Below are positions 61,814 through 64,000 of a stretch of 64,000 nucleotides of DNA, piece by piece. Source of the stretch: Candidatus Latescibacterota bacterium (lineage in GTDB: Bacteria; Latescibacterota; UBA2968; GCA-2709665); assembly GCA_963662665.2 (NCBI GenBank), contig CAXXJS010000021.1, positions 32,001 through 96,000 of the forward strand. The letters are read 5' to 3'. How positions within the stretch are numbered: the first letter of the stretch is position 1; each line of letters starts with the position of its first letter. Both the position numbers and the translations under genes were made by a program. The notes beneath the pieces are model-generated. The model saw nothing but the letters and a program-made list of their open reading frames with translations, made no database searches and had not been told where the DNA came from.

Positions 61814-62113
61814 GGAATAGGCGAGGGTACGGGTGAAATCTCAGGGTCCCGGAAGCCAGTCTGTGTGAAGGCACAGGGTTCGGCCCTGCACGAAATTGCA
61901 GTGTTCCCGCCGTTTGGGGTTAACCTCAATTCGACAAAACCAGCAACTCTGCGCCGCGATTAAACCTTCCGAAGTGGGCCGAAAAGGTCGTCCAAAAGGA
62001 ATTTTTTCAGTTCACATCCAGTGACCTGGTGTATCCTGGTAATCCGAAGTCTAATCGCCTTTATCTACTTGCATAAATTCGGTTTTACTTCCCCGAAGAA
62101 TTACGAATCAAGG

Positions 62114-63565
62114 TTAATTACGGAAAGCGAAGTCGATGGGTCTGCCCTGGGCGAACTTCGCCTCGACGTTGCTCAAGCCGAAGAGGGTGGCCGAAAGGTC
62201 CAGCAGGGAGAGGGGTTCGGTTACTCGCAGGCCTGCAGGCATACCGGGCCCCACGAGCAGCGCACGACCGCCCGCAGCATCCAGTACAGCCAGGGTCGTA
62301 CGGTTCCGGTACCGGTGGTGTCGCTGCGCGATCTTCCAGAGCTGTTGGATAGCAATGCGGCAATCCGGGCCGTCGGTGAGTTGCAGAACCATGAGATCGG
62401 GCTTTGCTCTGGGCACGCAAGCGATGGCCAGAGAAGCCAGGAAGCCGCTTTTCAGTTCCAGATTCTTGTCGGACGAAACGAGGGTCCTGACGATAAGACG
62501 CGAGAGGACCTTGTTCTTGACGGTTTTGGTGATTTTCAGCTTTTTCGGATTGAGTGTCGGGAAGACGACGTTCTCGATGAACGCTTGCGATCTGCCTTCC
62601 GACCTGGCTTCGTCCAGTACAAGGCGGATCCGCTCCGCTGCGCCTGACATCGACGAAGCCCGCACGCAGAGTGCGCCGTATTTCTTGTATTTCCTTAGCG
62701 TGCTTCGCGCCGGCGGGGCGTTGTCGTCAATATAGAAAGCCAGCGTACGGGTGCGTGTCCTGTCTTTAAGTGCGCGATTGTGATATTCGAAGAGTGTCGG
62801 ATGTGCGAGCTTGTCGCCCGTCAGCGCGTCGTCGCGTCCCGTCAGCAGGGTGGCCAGCCATTGTCTTGACGGATTGGGGGCGGGCGCGGTCTGCAACAGA
62901 GTACCCTGAGAGAGCAGGCTGTCGTTGAGCGTTGAACCGGATGTTCCGTATTGCCCAGGCATGATTGCAATCGCGAGAAGCGCCGGCGGGAAGTCCACAT
63001 CTCTATAGACGAACCGGTTGATCGCAGTTTTGATTCTATCCCTCTGTTCGGGCATTAACTGAATATCGGAACTCTGGCGCCGCCTCCTGGCGGTGTCGCC
63101 GCGTTGCCCGATTCCCCCTCGCTGCCCGGGGCCCAGTTGCTCTCCCGTCCCGCGACGTTGCCGGGGACCAGGTCGCCGTCCGAAGATGCCCGCGATCGCC
63201 TCGCCGAAAGCCGCGCGCAAATCCCCATCCGAAGATTCCCCTGCTTTCTCGAAAAAGAGTTTGAATCGCTCCTGTTCCTGCGGAAAGAATCCATCCCAGT
63301 CTGTCATCGAAGTCAATATATAAGCCCTGATCGGGAGGGGTAGTCGGCTGAACGTCTCCTCGTTACCCTTGACGAGGTCGTAAGCTCCGGATGGGAGGTC
63401 GGAATACAGGTCGTTTCGAATTGGACTGAGATCGACGCCGCCTCCGCCTCCTCGCCTCCCTCCTCCTCTTCTTTGTGCAAGCGTGTCCTCACAGGTAAGC
63501 AAGAGGACAAGAATGGTTGCTGAAAGCCCCACTGCACCGTGAGAAAATCTGAGGAATTCAGGCAT
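62114..63565 (-). CDS. Exported hypothetical protein with R/G/Q-rich segments and degenerate alkaline-phosphatase-like C-terminus
   Basis: Signal-like N-terminus; PTLFEY, LLVGPG, LDLSATL. Confidence 0.6.
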   Translation of the reverse strand: MPEFLRFSHGAVGLSATILVLLLTCEDTLAQRRGGGRRGGGGGVDLSPIRNDLYSDLPSGAYDLVKGNEETFSRLPLPIRAYILTSMTDWDGFFPQEQERFKLFFEKAGESSDGDLRAAFGEAIAGIFGRRPGPRQRRGTGEQLGPGQRGGIGQRGDTARRRRQSSDIQLMPEQRDRIKTAINRFVYRDVDFPPALLAIAIMPGQYGTSGSTLNDSLLSQGTLLQTAPAPNPSRQWLATLLTGRDDALTGDKLAHPTLFEYHNRALKDRTRTRTLAFYIDDNAPPARSTLRKYKKYGALCVRASSMSGAAERIRLVLDEARSEGRSQAFIENVVFPTLNPKKLKITKTVKNKVLSRLIVRTLVSSDKNLELKSGFLASLAIACVPRAKPDLMVLQLTDGPDCRIAIQQLWKIAQRHHRYRNRTTLAVLDAAGGRALLVGPGMPAGLRVTEPLSLLDLSATLFGLSNVEAKFAQGRPIDFAFRN

Positions 63566-63719
63566 TTTTCGCCTCCTCGCGCGAAGGTCATCGCCTGGTA
63601 TCTGGTGCGGTCTCTGAATCGCGGCCGATTTCGCGAGCCGTGTACAATCGGTACCGTCACTTTCGTCGTCCGGCCCGCCGGCGTGATGACCGGTGCGTAA
63701 AACCAGGCAGGACGGTCGT

Positions 63720-64000
63720 TCAGAGGTGTTCTCGAAGCCACAGAAGGATTTCGGCGCGGGCGTCCGGGTTGTTCAGGAGCGCCGGGCCGTTGGCCGTACC
63801 CTGGTACCCGCTGACCCGAACGGGGTCTCCGGTTCGCCGGGCCAGCAATTCGGACGACGTGTACGCGTATCCGTCGCCATGCGAAGCCATGAAAAGTACA
63901 GACCGAGGCCGGAAGCCTTCCACGTTGTTACCCAGAAGCACGTCTTGCCTGAGCCGGGTGATGAGAGAGATGGCCACGGACGTCTTGACTTCCGCATAAA
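63720..64000 (-). CDS. 3' end of a hypothetical protein, possibly alpha/beta-hydrolase-like
   Basis: Open to window edge; ends ILLWLREHL. Confidence 0.45.
   Translation of the reverse strand, partial: YAEVKTSVAISLITRLRQDVLLGNNVEGFRPRSVLFMASHGDGYAYTSSELLARRTGDPVRVSGYQGTANGPALLNNPDARAEILLWLREHL

Noticed and set aside
1-64000. CRISPR array, tRNA, rRNA, phage structural genes, reverse transcriptase/retron
   Set aside because: No regularly spaced repeats, cloverleaf or relevant protein motifs were seen by eye.

Overview
Bacterial genomic window, probably from an uncultured Gram-negative lineage; the C-terminal twin EF-hand/dockerin-like domain at ~56.8 kb suggests Latescibacterota or a relative (inference). 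No rRNA, tRNA or CRISPR array was seen. (1) ~1-27 kb is a defence-island-like accessory region, all on the + strand: AAA ATPase + DUF4276, a DUF499 ATPase, an IS3 element, a 1505-aa nuclease-STAND (Avs-like) protein, an OLD-like ATPase, a 1765-aa protein with four glycosyltransferase-like domains plus kinase-like and methyltransferase domains, two clusters of TA/RM gene fragments, and YhaO/YhaN. (2) ~27-45 kb carries transport and catabolic genes on the - strand: ABC exporters, OprB porin, TonB receptor/DUF4249, VapBC, and a dipeptidase/oxidase cluster. (3) ~45-64 kb is mostly core genes (nadA, GHMP kinase, galU-like, trxA, holA, purM, folP, ftsH, tilS). The best finding is an operon at 56.8-59.9 kb that the ORF track splits: TlpA (CxxC), a DUF6029-like beta-barrel with a C-terminal CxxxxC, and a secreted selenoprotein (in-frame UGA in a UxxC motif with a SECIS-like hairpin) fused to Ig-like and EF-hand domains. 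This is a candidate trans-envelope thiol/selenol redox relay. The second is the giant GT/kinase/MTase fusion inside the defence island. Two candidate non-coding RNAs (~31.0 kb and 48.7-48.9 kb) are also reported. All family assignments come from motif recognition by eye, not database searches.
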